Assembly: GCA_002633005.1 (NCBI GenBank)
Contig: NMRA01000082.1
Span: 1,019,366 to 1,052,062 of the forward strand
Direction of reading: 5' to 3'
DNA length: 32,697 nt
Source of the DNA: Phoronis australis
Lineage: Eukaryota; Animalia; Phoronida
The position numbers and the translations under genes are program-made. Below the pieces are notes generated by a model. That model was not told the origin of the DNA, made no database searches, and saw nothing but the letters and a program-made list of their open reading frames with translations. Shown here piece by piece: positions 1 through 12,797 of the stretch. Position 1 is the first letter of the stretch, and each line of letters begins with the position of its first letter.

Positions 1-988
1 GGTGTAGAATGTATTTTCGACGAGGTGAAAACTTTATCAGTGAGCGGATTTCGCCTACCGCCCGTTTAAAATACACGGGACGAAATTAACCCGATAGAAC
101 GTATTGTAGTGCGAATCTGAAGTTCATTTGCCATAACAGCAATGCTTTTGGACATTTTTCGAAGTAAACGGCTAAAAACTCGAAGACAATAACAGAATAC
201 ACTCTGCTACCGTATTGGGCAAATGACCAAACGACAAGCTTTTGCCCCACTTCCCGTGACGTCACAGTTAAGTCTCACATAATCTCGCATTATTGTTATA
301 AACTCGCAAAAGGCCTATTAATCTGCGTATTGCATTGGGACGAGCTTATTACTGAGTTGACTATTGAGTCTCTATACATTAGAGATAAGCAGGTTATTTT
401 TTCTTTGACAATGCAGCAGTGTATATCACTACACCACGTGACTGTTGATCTGTATCAATGTGCATGTTAGCTGCGACCATTTGGCCTTATTGGTTTAACT
501 GTTGATGACATGTGGTGTGTATGTACCTTAGGTGTCTGTTCCTGGAAACTGACTAGACTCAAGTTAGAAATTTGATTGACAATCATTTCTGAACACTTGA
601 GCGAAGGGCTAAGTCTCTTAGGATGTACACCAAACTGCTAGTTACCAAAATAATTTCTAGACTGTTGTGCTCAAAATAACCATTAAAACTTTGTTAAGGG
701 ATAAGGAACCTAAGACCAAGAGCTTGGTCATGACTACACTCATAGTTACCCAGATATATGGGTGGCCATTAAATGGAATTGATTATACGTGTTGTTTTTG
801 GCACAAATGGCTGCCCATACACGTTGTTAGTGAATTGTTTATATCTGACAGTTGTAGTTTGGAGCATTTTCATTGGTTACTTTTGAGAACATATTGGTTT
901 AGTGCATGCATTTATTACCTTGCATAGGCTTGTCCTGTTACGTTCTGTTGCATACAGTTAACATCAAGTCGTCTCTCTGTGGTTTCAG

Positions 989-1111
989 AAGTCAACGAGT
1001 GTCGTACCAATAATGGAGGATGTTCAGATACGTGCGTAGATGACTACCTCAGTTACGCCTGTGACTGTAAACCAGGCTACCACCTGCTGACTGACATGCG
1101 CACCTGTACAG
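989..1111 (+). CDS. Internal exon of EGF-repeat single-pass membrane protein (calcium-binding-type EGF domain)
   Basis: tttcag acceptor, gtatgc donor, 123 nt, phase 1-1; encodes (E/D)VNECRTNNGGCSDTCVDDYLSYACDCKPGYHLLTDMRTCT with 6-Cys EGF spacing. Upstream exons are not evident in the window. Confidence 0.92.
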
Positions 1112-1367
1112 GTATGCATCATAAGCCTGTGGCCACTTCTCGTCAGTACACTGTACAATTACGCGATCAGTTAAATTTTTGTGTTACATTAATTCATCTT
1201 TTGCCGATTTTATTTAAACCTAGTTTATTGACATGAACTGTGGATGTAAAAGTATGGCTTAATGTGCATGCCTGAACATTCCGTTAAAGTTGACTACTTC
1301 GTAGAGTGTAAATTTTCGTAACGAGGAATTGTCTCCCATGTTAATCGGTTATCATATTGTTCTACAG

Positions 1368-1490
1368 ATGTTGACGAGTGCTCAGAGAACAATGGCTTCT
1401 GCCAGTTCAACTGCACCAACACCCCTGGAAGCCGTGTGTGTTCTTGTGATGATGGCTTTGTATTGAACAGTGATGGAATGAGATGTCGCG
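1368..1490 (+). CDS. Internal exon of EGF-repeat membrane protein (cbEGF domain)
   Basis: ctacag acceptor, gtaaga donor, 123 nt, phase 1-1; DVDECSENNGFCQFNCTNTPGSRVCSCDDGFVLNSDGMRCR, classic cbEGF consensus. Confidence 0.93.
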
Positions 1491-2087
1491 GTAAGACTCT
1501 TCATAAATTATGCATAAATTATGCTCATATTGACGATTTTTTTGCTTAATGTTGCTTGAACTCGTTCGAGTTGCTTCCAACTTCCGTTTGATTATTGGGA
1601 TTGTACTTTTCAAAAAAGTTGACAAACTTTGACTCTGTGTCTGACTCTGTGACACCTTGAGTAAATATCCTGGCAGAATTAGGTCACACTTTAGTCAAAC
1701 TTTTGTTGTGATAAAATATCTTTTTTGTTGAACTTTTGTCAAGTATTTAGTGTTATATTGTTGCGCCTAGCCACTAAATGTAATGGAAACTATAAATTGT
1801 CTCAATATAGATTTAGCAAAATTCTAGTAAGTTGATATTTACCCGGGGTTTTGTGGGTAGAAAGTTTGAAAAATTTAGACATTGAATACTGCAGCTGTAC
1901 ATGCTGTGATCAGATTTTCATCACATGACAAAAAATGTTTGCATCGCTCATTACTTGAAGTAAGTTCCTGCAAATTGCCCCATTATTTAAGTGTGGTTGT
2001 GACCTCATGGTACCTGCCAGTTAAAATATTGATTCAAGCACAAAGTCAATTTTTCAGTTTTTATGCTCTGTTGCTTCATGAGGTTAA

Positions 2088-3707
2088 AAGAGAATGCCAC
2101 CGGATTTAATTAGTCTTTTTTGCCTTCTTAATCGGTCTATATCCACATCGCCTCGCATACGGTCGACCTTACCTTGCCAAGAGGTGTCGCGCTAACCTGT
2201 GAAGAAGGTGAGAAACGACGCTAGCGACGTCAGCGGTTCATATTCAGAGTGAATGCCACTATGTTGCAGTGCATCGTTCCCGCTTGTCCGAACTAAGCAG
2301 CTGCGAGGAAAGCGGGTATATCGTTTTCTTTACTTCCTCGAGAGTCCGAAATGCTTAGGAAGTGGCTCATGGTAGTGAAGAATGAAATGTACGCTGTAAA
2401 TAGCAAGTATGAGGCAAATAACTCCGTACGTTCCGTTGTCTGAGCTTGTTCACGGCACCTCTCTAGTATTTCTTCATTACTGTATTCCTGTTCGAATTGA
2501 TAGCCTGTAAAACTTAACGATCCACCTGCGAAGTCGGGACTGGTGAGATCTAGCTCGCCCTAAGTCGGGATTGCGAGTTGCCATCATGTTGGCGTTTATT
2601 ACTGAGCGTTCTGTTTCAAAATGAATTATTCTCACCCTAACAAATACTTATATAAAAATGAAACATAGTCTGTCTCATTAGATGCACTTTGTAATGCCTT
2701 TGGAGTGTTCGTGAGTGCAAATGATTTGAGAAGCCAGCAATGAATAAATCAGTTTGTTACCGGCAGCTTTAGGTGCAATAAAACTAATTGACGGGACACC
2801 TAGGCTGTGTGAGCTCATGCTAATTTAGTGTTTGCTGGCAGAAACTGTTGTGAAACAACTCGATTTCCATCCCACGGCCAGATGTTAGGGGAATCTTTAT
2901 TTGCATTTACATTACTCAAATAATGATTGTCAATGTACAACTTCTGCCCTGACGGTGCTGTGGCCATAGCGGAACCAGTGAATTCGCAACCCCCGATGAG
3001 TAAGTAGATTTGCAGTTTCGCGGCTAATTCACCAAGTTGAACATAATCAGATGCACATTACTTTGGCTCACTGGTATAGTATTTTCTTGACTGGAAGTTT
3101 AATTTCCACTGAACTTTGGCTGCTTTATGTTCGTGATGTCTGATCAGTTTCCGAGCCACTGGCGGGAATAACGAGTCAATCCGGCCGACCGCGACGGGCC
3201 TGATCGGGCTCCGAGCCACTGGCCAGGAGAACAAGCGTTTTTGTGTGTTTAGAACGCAAAAATCACAATTCTAAACAACACAGATCTAGGTACTCCTGTC
3301 TGTATGTCACGGAAAATACTTCGAAATTATCTCCGAACAGACCCCCAACTCCTGCTACGGACCTTATTGGCCTGCCGAGCTTTGTAGGCTACGGTGTGTC
3401 CAAATACCAATAAATCCGTAAGAGCCAAATAAAGCAACACTTTTTTATAAGAACTGGTGTATTTTTAAGGGTTTTACATTGAAGTTTGATGATTTATTGG
3501 TGTTAAACAATGACTTCAAGCGATAAGCTGACACCAGTAACCCGTATTGTGAACTGCTGAACAGACTGCGTGAGAAACCGATGACGTCATTGGATAATTT
3601 CTATACCTCCGTCTGCCGTCAGGTGGCAGGTAACGCAACCGTTATGGAGTAGAACTACTCGATCTAAACTGATACAAATTAGGTTGTTTTTTGGGTGGCA
3701 TGCTCCT
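2088..3707 (+). mobile_element. Kolobok-type non-autonomous DNA transposon with decayed THAP domain
   Basis: TTAA at 2084-2087 and 3708-3711; termini aagagaatgccacc / ggtggcatgctcct match 12/14 as inverted repeats; internal THAP relic at 2261. May be composite. Confidence 0.62.
2261..2461 (+). pseudogene. Decayed THAP (C2CH) zinc-finger N-terminus of a transposon protein
   Basis: MLQCIVPACPN*AAARKAGISFSLLPRESEMLRKWL...V*ACSRHL fits THAP pattern M-x-C-x4-C...F..P......W...CSxH; two in-frame stops. Confidence 0.72.
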
Positions 3708-4214
3708 TTAAGGTGGAATGAATAAGGTTAATAGCTGGTGGTCTGCCAGCTGTCGAATGTACTTTGAGCAAAGCTACTGTAGCTGACTCCAGTATGTTCC
3801 ATCATAGTTCTCAGATTGTTTTCAGTTATCATGAAGCTTCTTTACAACATTCTTTATAACCTTGTAAATTACGTAATATTCAGTAAAGCAAAACATCAGG
3901 TTTGGGGTTCGAAAGCGATCTTGTCACCTGTAATTATTTTAGGGGTCATTCTTTTGTCTTGCATTTTAACAGAACTTCTCTACTGGTGAAGGTGACCCGC
4001 TGTTTGCTTGTCTTTTCATCATGTGTATTTAGGGAAGCCAACTCACCATGATATTAAAACGCAAAATGTTCCATCACTAAACATAAACTACTAAACAGTA
4101 CAAGAGAAAAGCAGTCAGGCAAAATTCTGTTTTCCCGGCATGATGTTTGCTTCTGTTAACAGCAGGAATGACTGGCTATAACTACAAGGGCGGCAAAGTT
4201 CTAATTGCAGAATG

Positions 4215-4278
4215 GCTTAGTCATCTTGCTACCTGTCCTCTTCAGCTTAGTCATCTCACTACCTGCCCTGTTTAGCTT
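4215..4278. repeat. 30-bp tandem duplication
   Basis: gcttagtcatcttgctacctgtcctcttca / gcttagtcatctcactacctgccctgttta. Confidence 0.7.
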
Positions 4279-4826
4279 CATTTCCATTCATTCTCAGTCA
4301 TCAGGGGAGACTACTCTGAAGATGAATTCATATATCATGACGGATTTCTCGGACATTTGTTCTGTGCATACTTTTGACGTGCGCTGTAGTAAAATAGTTG
4401 TTTTTATTCAAAGGTGGTGCTGCATGGAGCCATTTTAGCAAAATCTCCCAGATGTTTTGTCCGGCAAATGTGTTAAATTTTGCAAGCAAAGCAAAGTGAA
4501 CCTCATTGGCTGCTACTAATACATGTATATCTGTTTTAATAATATTCAGGGCTCGCAATGAATGGATAAGCGCTAGAAAATACAAAAATAACAAAATGCG
4601 CTTAGAAATTTGACTCCACTCCTGTTACTTGTACCAGAACAGAGCAGACATCCAGCATTTTTTTTCTAGTCACCACTGTTCACTATCTCAAATCCTGGAA
4701 TACGTGTAGTAAATATGCCATCACTTGTATTTTCGAGCGGACATTTTCGGCTGTGTCGAGCGCCGATATTGGTCCATTGTGACATTTTAAGTATGATATA
4801 GTAATCAAATCTTATTATGCCTGCAG

Positions 4827-4940
4827 ACGTCAATGAGTGCGAGGTCAGCTCTACTTCCACACCCCCCTGCCCTGATGACACAACATGTATCAACACACCG
4901 GGCAGTTATGCCTGTCTCGGGTTTAAAGTTAACATTGGAG
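4827..4940 (+). CDS. Internal exon of EGF-repeat membrane protein (truncated 4-Cys cbEGF-like module)
   Basis: ctgcag acceptor, gtgagt donor, 114 nt, phase 1-1; DVNECEVSSTSTPPCPDDTTCINTPGSYACLGFKVNIG. Confidence 0.88.
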
Positions 4941-5840
4941 GTGAGTCACAACTGTCCGTTCTTGTAGTGCAGTTTTGATGTTCATGTTTTAATTCATTGA
5001 TTCAAGTTAAGGAGATTTTCTGGTCTGACTGTTTTGTATTTATTTTTTCTGTTGCTCTGGTCTTAAAAATTATTTTTCGTGTCTCAATTATAGAACTTGC
5101 TCTACTGTAACAAAGAATTAAATTCAAGTTGTACACATCGGGCCATACCTACGTGTTGAATTAGTTAATATGCTAACCGAGGATCTTTCTTGGTCAAAAC
5201 AGAAAGTCCACCATATAATTTTGCTTGTAATTTCCAAGAAATTATGAAAATGGGCATAATTCCTGACAATTTAAGGATTTTTGTCTGACTGTGAGAAAAT
5301 ATAGACGATGGCTCTTATCATAAAATGAAAGACAGTCAGAAAGCAACTGATTACAGTGGGTAGGTTCATGATTTAGAAATGTTGGTCTTTTTTGAAATGT
5401 TAAGAGGACTGTTTTGGACACTTTTCAATAGTTTACATTGGTGTAAAGATTAAGCATGAGAAATGTACCTTGAACTCATAAAACTAAAGCCAACTTTCTG
5501 GAACAGAGTAACACTGCTTTCGACTGCGTTCACCCTCCATTTTGTGACTTCAGTTTTCTGTCACCATACGATCAAAATCCCCAGAACTTGTCCTATATTT
5601 TCAAGAATTTCTTAGTGGACTGGTGGAAAAAATGGTGTGACTTCAAACAAAGCAAGCCGGCCTGGAGAATAGAAAAATATTATTGAACATGTATCGTTTT
5701 TTTTACTTCAGAATTTTTCATTTTGACTTTGACTTAAGCAATAAGACTGAAAACATTGTTATGTGGGTTAAGAGCGTGACTTATGGATTTTTTATTGACT
5801 TTAAGTTCAGCGATAGTACTGATAGTGTTTCTTTACACAG

Positions 5841-6178
5841 GTTCACGGTCAGCCGCCTCAACATCTGCGTATCTGGACGACATGCTGCTGTCCAAAGACT
5901 TGATGATGGTTATCCTTGTCTGGCTGATCATACTGTCCGTCGTAATGGTCATCATTGTTATCGTGGCTTGTAGTGAACGGCAGAGACAGACAAAACTGAA
6001 GGAGTATTCGATTAGGAACAGTCTGTATGATTCCCAGAATCAGTTTGACACGAGGTCAAATGCGAGTGGGCCAAATGGAACAAGCCAATTTCAATATCCC
6101 ACGTACTCGATGGCAAATCTCAACGCATCGACAAGTAGTCAGGCCCACCTTATAGAGGCGGATAATATATCGTTATAA
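5841..6178 (+). CDS. Terminal coding exon: juxtamembrane stalk, transmembrane helix and cytoplasmic tail
   Basis: ttacacag acceptor in phase with previous exon; hydrophobic LMMVILVWLIILSVVMVIIVIVAC followed by basic ERQRQTKLK, then a Ser/Asn/Tyr-rich tail ending NISL-stop (TAA 6176-6178). Confidence 0.85.
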
Positions 6179-8316
6179 TGTGGGATGTTTGTAGAGCAGA
6201 TGTCTCATTCTGATTATGGTGTAATTTTAAATTATTGCAGCTTTTGGAGCTGGAGATATTCCAGGCATTTTTTTTCTATTTGACAGTCCCCAGTATTTGC
6301 CCGAGGTAACGTATACAATATGTGGGTATTCTACTTCTGGCAAATACTCACTTTCTAAGGTGGGCTTTAGTGATTGGTTTAGACAATATAGACTTTCTTC
6401 CAAACTTTATTTTGTCTCTATGAGCTGCGTTTCCCCATGTTCGTATTTTATCAGAATCTCGAGGGAAATTATGTCATTGTAATATCTAGTCTTATGCAAC
6501 GATGTTCTCATTTTTATTTACACGTTTTTCAAATGGCACTTTTGTGTATTTTACATTCCTTGTATCGAAGGTTGAATTGAAATGCATTTTGAAGTGTATT
6601 TTTCATCAAGATCAATGTTTTCAGCCATCCAAATTGTGGAGATAAATGTATAATATATTCGTCAGGTGATGGAAAAATGCAAGGAATGTTGTGACTCAAT
6701 GCTCAGGATGTTGGCTTGCAAAGCATGGTTAAACACATAGCAATCTCTTTGTTGCTATACGTTTTTGTTACACTGTAGTCAATTGTGACTTTCAGATCAC
6801 ACTACAATCATAGGGGGCGCTTTAAATTGCTTCATTGTATTCATGAACAAGTTAATGGGTGGGCAATTGCTGAAGTTTTGTTATTGTGACAGAAAAAGAC
6901 AATCAAGAGTTAATATTTTGGCTATTCATCTGAGGTGGCTTCATTCCTATTTTTGTGATGTAGCATTGGAATGTCTTGTTGACTATTATACCTATTCAGA
7001 AACTCACTTTCTGTTGTTTTGAAAGATTGTTTAAGAAAAAGTTTTAATTTACTGTTAGTGTTCCATTTTCATGTATTTGCAAGATCATTTTAATTGGTGA
7101 CATTAAAGATTTTTAAAAAAAAATCTTATTCTCACTTGGGTAGATGTACACCATTATTGTCAAGGAACACCAACAGGGGGCGATGGAATTTTCTTGGCAA
7201 TCGGACTTCACAGTTCTTCTATTACTTAGTATTTTCATGGAATGCTACAAAAAACCTTGATTTACTAAAAACTAAAACTGACATGCACTTGGCTGTGAAA
7301 AAAATAACTTTTTTAATATTTAATGCCACCTGCTGTTAGTAAGGTGGAACAAGGAGTTAGACATGGGCTTGAGAATCAACAGTTTATATTCCTGGAGATT
7401 AAGGTTTTTAAACATGGATCGACTGGGTTGAATTTTCATGTAAGAACCAAATGCATGACAACTAGAAGTAGGGGAGTTCAAGAATCCATCATTTTAATGT
7501 TCTTCAGAAACAATCGTGATATTTTGTTATAAGAATGAAGAAAGATCAGGAAGCATGGCTGATTAATTTTTCGTTGTCACCATGTTTGGTGGTATTGGGC
7601 AACATTATAACTCTGTCACAAAATGATAAGATTTATGCTGTATTGAATGCAATTTATTATTAATTTAAAATAATTTATGCAAAACCGACTAAAAATCTTA
7701 AAGCACCATTCATGGACTAAAGCTATTATGTTACTCCATGCTATGCAGTCTGAAGCCACTGAATCACAAACGAATCGATTTTGAAAAAAAAAATAATCGT
7801 GCTGACAACATACAATGTAAGGCCAACTAATAGAAACGGGGTAGGCAACTTTTCTCAAATTGCAAGTGCACAATGCAATTATTTTATCACAAACTGCACT
7901 ACAGCTTGTTTATAAATCAGCTGTAGCTTGTGGAAAGAAGTGTGTCATACAACAGAACTGTTGCACATGGAAAAGGCTTGGAAGAAAATCGTATTTACAG
8001 TAGGAGAAAAGAGACTAAAGGGCATGCCACATGTGGTACGCCAAGGAGAAAGGTTGTCTACGTAGTTTTCAAACAACGTTTGACAAAACTTCTGCCTGTC
8101 GGAAATTGCTAAAATTGCAAAGCAAAAATTTCTAGCCAATTTTCAAATGATCTTGTGTCATTGCTTGTCTGGTTTTGTCTTTTCAGTATATCCCATAATT
8201 TCGGCGAATTGAAATGGATTCTAGATCTTTAGTCGCAATGTGCCTGAAGGTGAAGGATTCAGGTGACACCTGTTGTCCATAGTCTTAATTAGCTCCAAAA
8301 GAGAAAAAACATGTCC

Positions 8317-8505
<189 letters not shown>

Positions 8506-9300
8506 TCAATTTTGGAAACTTAAGGTACACTGTAGTTTTCAGATGGTACTACTAGAAACGTAGACTATGCCAGAACTCTGCCAGACTATGCCAGACTTGT
8601 AAAACTTGGATAAACAGTTGTCACAATAAAATAGCTTTAGTGGGACTTAAGTGAGATGTAATTATTGCACTTGGCTGCTAAGTGGACTTGCAAAGCAATA
8701 TGTCACGATTTCGACAAAGTGGATGGAGCAACAATTGTTGAGATTGACCCAGAACTGAAACAGATTTTGGTAAAAAATAAATGGATCACCGAAACTATTG
8801 TCGAGTTTCGACGTTGTCTAGTTTATTTTGAGAACTGGACAGTATAAGTCCAAAATCTGAAACTATTCTCACAATCATTGATTGGTTGGTTGACAGAATG
8901 CCTTGTACACAAACAAGCTCAATTGTAATGTTATGAGCATGACTTGATGACCACCACTAAAGATAGAAATAGACTTTAGAAAACTTAAGGAGGCAAATTT
9001 CAAGGACTTTGTAGAAGGCAATGTCAGAGACAAAAATAATACTACTAGTTTTCTGCAGAAAAGTCCAGGGCATTTATTCTCAGACTGAAATATCTGTTAA
9101 GGGATCAGAAGTCAAACCTAAAAATTTTATGCTGTTAACATCCCCTTTAAAGGAGATAAGGATAAAAAAATTCTCCAATGTCACTTGGTCACCTGGGCCA
9201 GTTCTGCCCACTTTCCATTCACAATAGGGAGATAACAGACTCAGTGACTCTATTCACTAGGTCACATAGTTAGGTAATCACTGTTTCTTAACAGAAGATA

Positions 9301-9460
9301 TCTAAATAGAAGGCTTGAAAGCATCTAGGCTCTATTTTATTCCTTTGTACATGAACACCTATAGAAACTACAAAATCTGATCTAAATAGAAGGCTTGAAA
9401 GCATCTAGGCTCTATTTTATTTCTTCGTACATAAACACCTATAGAAACTACAAAATCTGA
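9301..9460. repeat. 80-bp tandem duplication (2 copies) in NUDT12 intron
   Basis: tctaaatagaaggcttgaaagcatctaggc...caaaatctga at 9301-9380 and 9381-9460 with few substitutions. Confidence 0.9.
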
Positions 9461-10000
9461 ATAGAGTAAAAAGTAGACAATGTGGGTTCTTGAATTTCAA
9501 AACTGGACAAGTAAAAGCGATTTTGTCAAAAAGCCTAGCTTTGAGCGATTCATTGGAAAGTAGTTTCCAGCATAGCCTATAATCTAATTAACTGCACCAC
9601 TAACTCACAACAGAAGCTGTGCCTGAAAGATTGTGGACAAAACCTCTCCTAGTGTATGATTCATGTTTAAAGGAATATTCAAGACATGATGGCTAGTTGT
9701 ATAATTACTAGGAAGTGGTGAATATAAGGCTCAGGTGTATGAACCCTGTAGCCAGCACTTTTTATACTAGGAACATCAAAAGACTTGCAGAAAATTCTGG
9801 TACATCATTTGAAATCACCTGGAACTGCTTAGAATTGTGCCAATTACAACGTGAAGCAGTGTTATATCATCAACCTTAAAAACCACTATTATATGCGGTT
9901 TTCGTTTTCTGTGCCCAACAATTAAATCATGAAACCAAAAATAAATGGGCCTTTTATGACAGCAAAAGGCCAAATCGGATTTTTTGTTTTTAGTCAGCTA

Positions 10001-10270
<270 letters not shown>

Positions 10271-11165
10271 TTAAAAAATTGCTGCAGAAACTAACTTAGT
10301 CAGTAAAGGTACATATTTCCTGAAAGAAGAAAGACGGTCACAGTAGATTTTTATATTACCAATCTGTCAATCGGGTCATGTAACCAATTTTTTGTCTGTT
10401 TATTAAATGTCAATAGCATGACCAAATTTCATTTGTCTGTGATGACATAAATGTATAAATATCGTCTAAACATTATGATACAGTTTTCTATAATCACTTT
10501 TGTTTTATGCAACGCCTGCGCTGTTTCATAACATCCCCGTTTTTGCAAGCTCTCAGTCGAAAATGGAACATTCTAGAAACAATATTCCTGACAGCAATTC
10601 TGAGACCAGCGTTTACAGCATAGTATATCAAGTTTTGTATGAATTTAATCTCTGATATGACAATCCAAAGTTAAATGCAGCCAAATGTGGACATAATCTT
10701 AAGAAAACTTAAGATAATGAAGAAATAAATTTGACTGTATAGAGTCAAGCTTTCTTAAAACTGGAGATTTACGTAATTCGGACATCTGCTAATGGCAGGG
10801 CGTAAAATAAGGACACCCATAGATAAACAGAAATGCCATTATGCACAATGAATTGTGGGAAAATTTAATTTCCTCACAGGAGACAAAATATCCAGGCACC
10901 AAGGAGGGGGGAAGAGGTTTTCCACAATTTGTAACTGAGGTATGTATAAGGGGAATCTTTAAAACAACAAGAAATATGGAAAAATTCATCTATTACAGAG
11001 CAAAGAGTTTTAAGTTAGTACTAAAGGCACTCCTGTGTCAATGAAACAATCCTCAATATTTGTCTCCGGTGTCTTAAAATTGTGAACTTATTTTGGACAC
11101 TTTATCAATCTTGAAAGACAACCAGACACAAGTGCAACATGAGAAGCCAGACGATTGTTGCATCC

Positions 11166-11250
11166 ACACCACCAGTCATGCAGAACACCACCAGTCATGC
11201 AGAACACCACCAGTCATGCAGAACACCACCAGTCATGCAGAACACCACCA
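11166..11250. repeat. 19-bp minisatellite, ~4.5 perfect copies
   Basis: (acaccaccagtcatgcaga)4 + acaccacca. Confidence 0.95.
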
Positions 11251-11267
11251 TCTTAAAGGGAATGTTA

Positions 11268-11486
<219 letters not shown>

Positions 11487-12040
11487 CTATCAAAAATGCC
11501 ATCATGCTATTACTATTATAATAGAAGGTATTAACGTATGATGTGCCATTAGTTATGATCAACCCATATTCGTGATGAAGAAAAATTGGCAAACTTTTTT
11601 GTTGGTGATATGCACAAATTTGGACAGTTTAAAACAAATCTGCAATAGAAATCTCACGGGTCCACAAAACACAGCCATGGTAAGTCCGAAAAGCGAAAAA
11701 CCACTTTTTCATGAAAATATAGTTCACTTTTATTCCATAATAATGGTGCAACAATGTGTGCTCTTGAGTCACTCTCACAATTGGTTCTGTCTAGTCAACT
11801 GGCGAAGACATCTGATTGCTCTATAAGCCGGGAGTCATCATCGAGACCCAATCAGATGCCCATTGGCCCAGCAAAATGAATCAAATGCAGTCAGAATGAA
11901 CCCAATTCAGTTTGTCAAGGTTTCATAATTTTCATGGAAATGCCATATAACAATTATCAAAAATTGATTCCTTTTCCTAAGTACTACACAAATGCATTCT
12001 CACGATTTTCTTACAAAACCTCATTAGTGATGTAACATAC

Positions 12041-12726
12041 CTTTGCGACTGTCACAGTCACTGTTCACACACTCTTTCTTGTGTCCTCCATCTTTAATAG
12101 TCATAGTGCTGCCACACGTTGGACAAAACCTGTACCGCTGGTGCCAGTCTAACAGTGTCCGGGCCTGGGCACTAATTGCTGCCTCAGTCTTGGAAAGTTG
12201 CAGGAATCCTGGGAAGGGATTCGTCAAGTAGGAGCCTTCTCTGAGTTTCACGACATCGCTATCGCTCAGAAATGAAACATCAATAACAAACCAAGAGCGG
12301 AAATTTTCCGTAGACTTTTCATCTGTAGTCGGATCATCCGTATTAATACTCTCATTTCCAAGAAAGACAGTCGCGGGACTTTTATCCATTAGGTGCATTA
12401 TGTCACCATTTTTCAATAGACATAACTCAGCTCTGTTCCTTCCATCCGCTTTACTGTTTAACACCAACGGCTTTAAATGAGCAAAAACAATGAACACAGT
12501 TGAGGGGTCTTCAAGCCTGGAAGAAATCCACGACTTATCAGCTCTGTTTTCCGAAGCATAATCCAGTGGATTGTGACAGAAAAAGTTTCGGACTTGTTCT
12601 CTAAGTGAAGCGCTCACACCCGTTGTATCGCCACCATTAAATAGATGCACTACTTTCTCGTGATTCCAAAATTGAGCAATTTCCGCAGCAGTCTGACCAA
12701 TGGAATTAAAAGCAGATGGGTCAGCT
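12041..12726 (-). CDS. NUDT12: NUDT12 coding exon 3 (end of ankyrin region, NudC N-terminal domain, Zn ribbon)
   Basis: ttacag acceptor, gtatgt donor; ADPSAFNSIGQTAAEIAQFW...AQARTLLDWHQRYRFCPTCGS...KKECVNSDC. Confidence 0.95.
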
Positions 12727-12797
12727 CTGTAAGAGAGAATGGGAATTACTTGTATGGACATATACACCTACATTTGAATCAATATCTCACAACAACA

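Noticed and set aside
1-320. Possible end of a DNA transposon (…caaaaggcctatt)
   Set aside because: Partner terminus not in the window, so TIR and TSD cannot be shown.
4300-4625. Possible hAT-type MITE (cagggg…ctcctg)
   Set aside because: Terminal match too short and no TSD.
5783-5840. Signal-peptide-like start of the 131-aa ORF
   Set aside because: It is the T-rich intron end before the 5841 acceptor and lacks an ATG start.
6297-8139. Several 60-85-aa ORFs between the two genes
   Set aside because: No motifs, mostly non-ATG starts, expected by chance in UTR/intergenic DNA.
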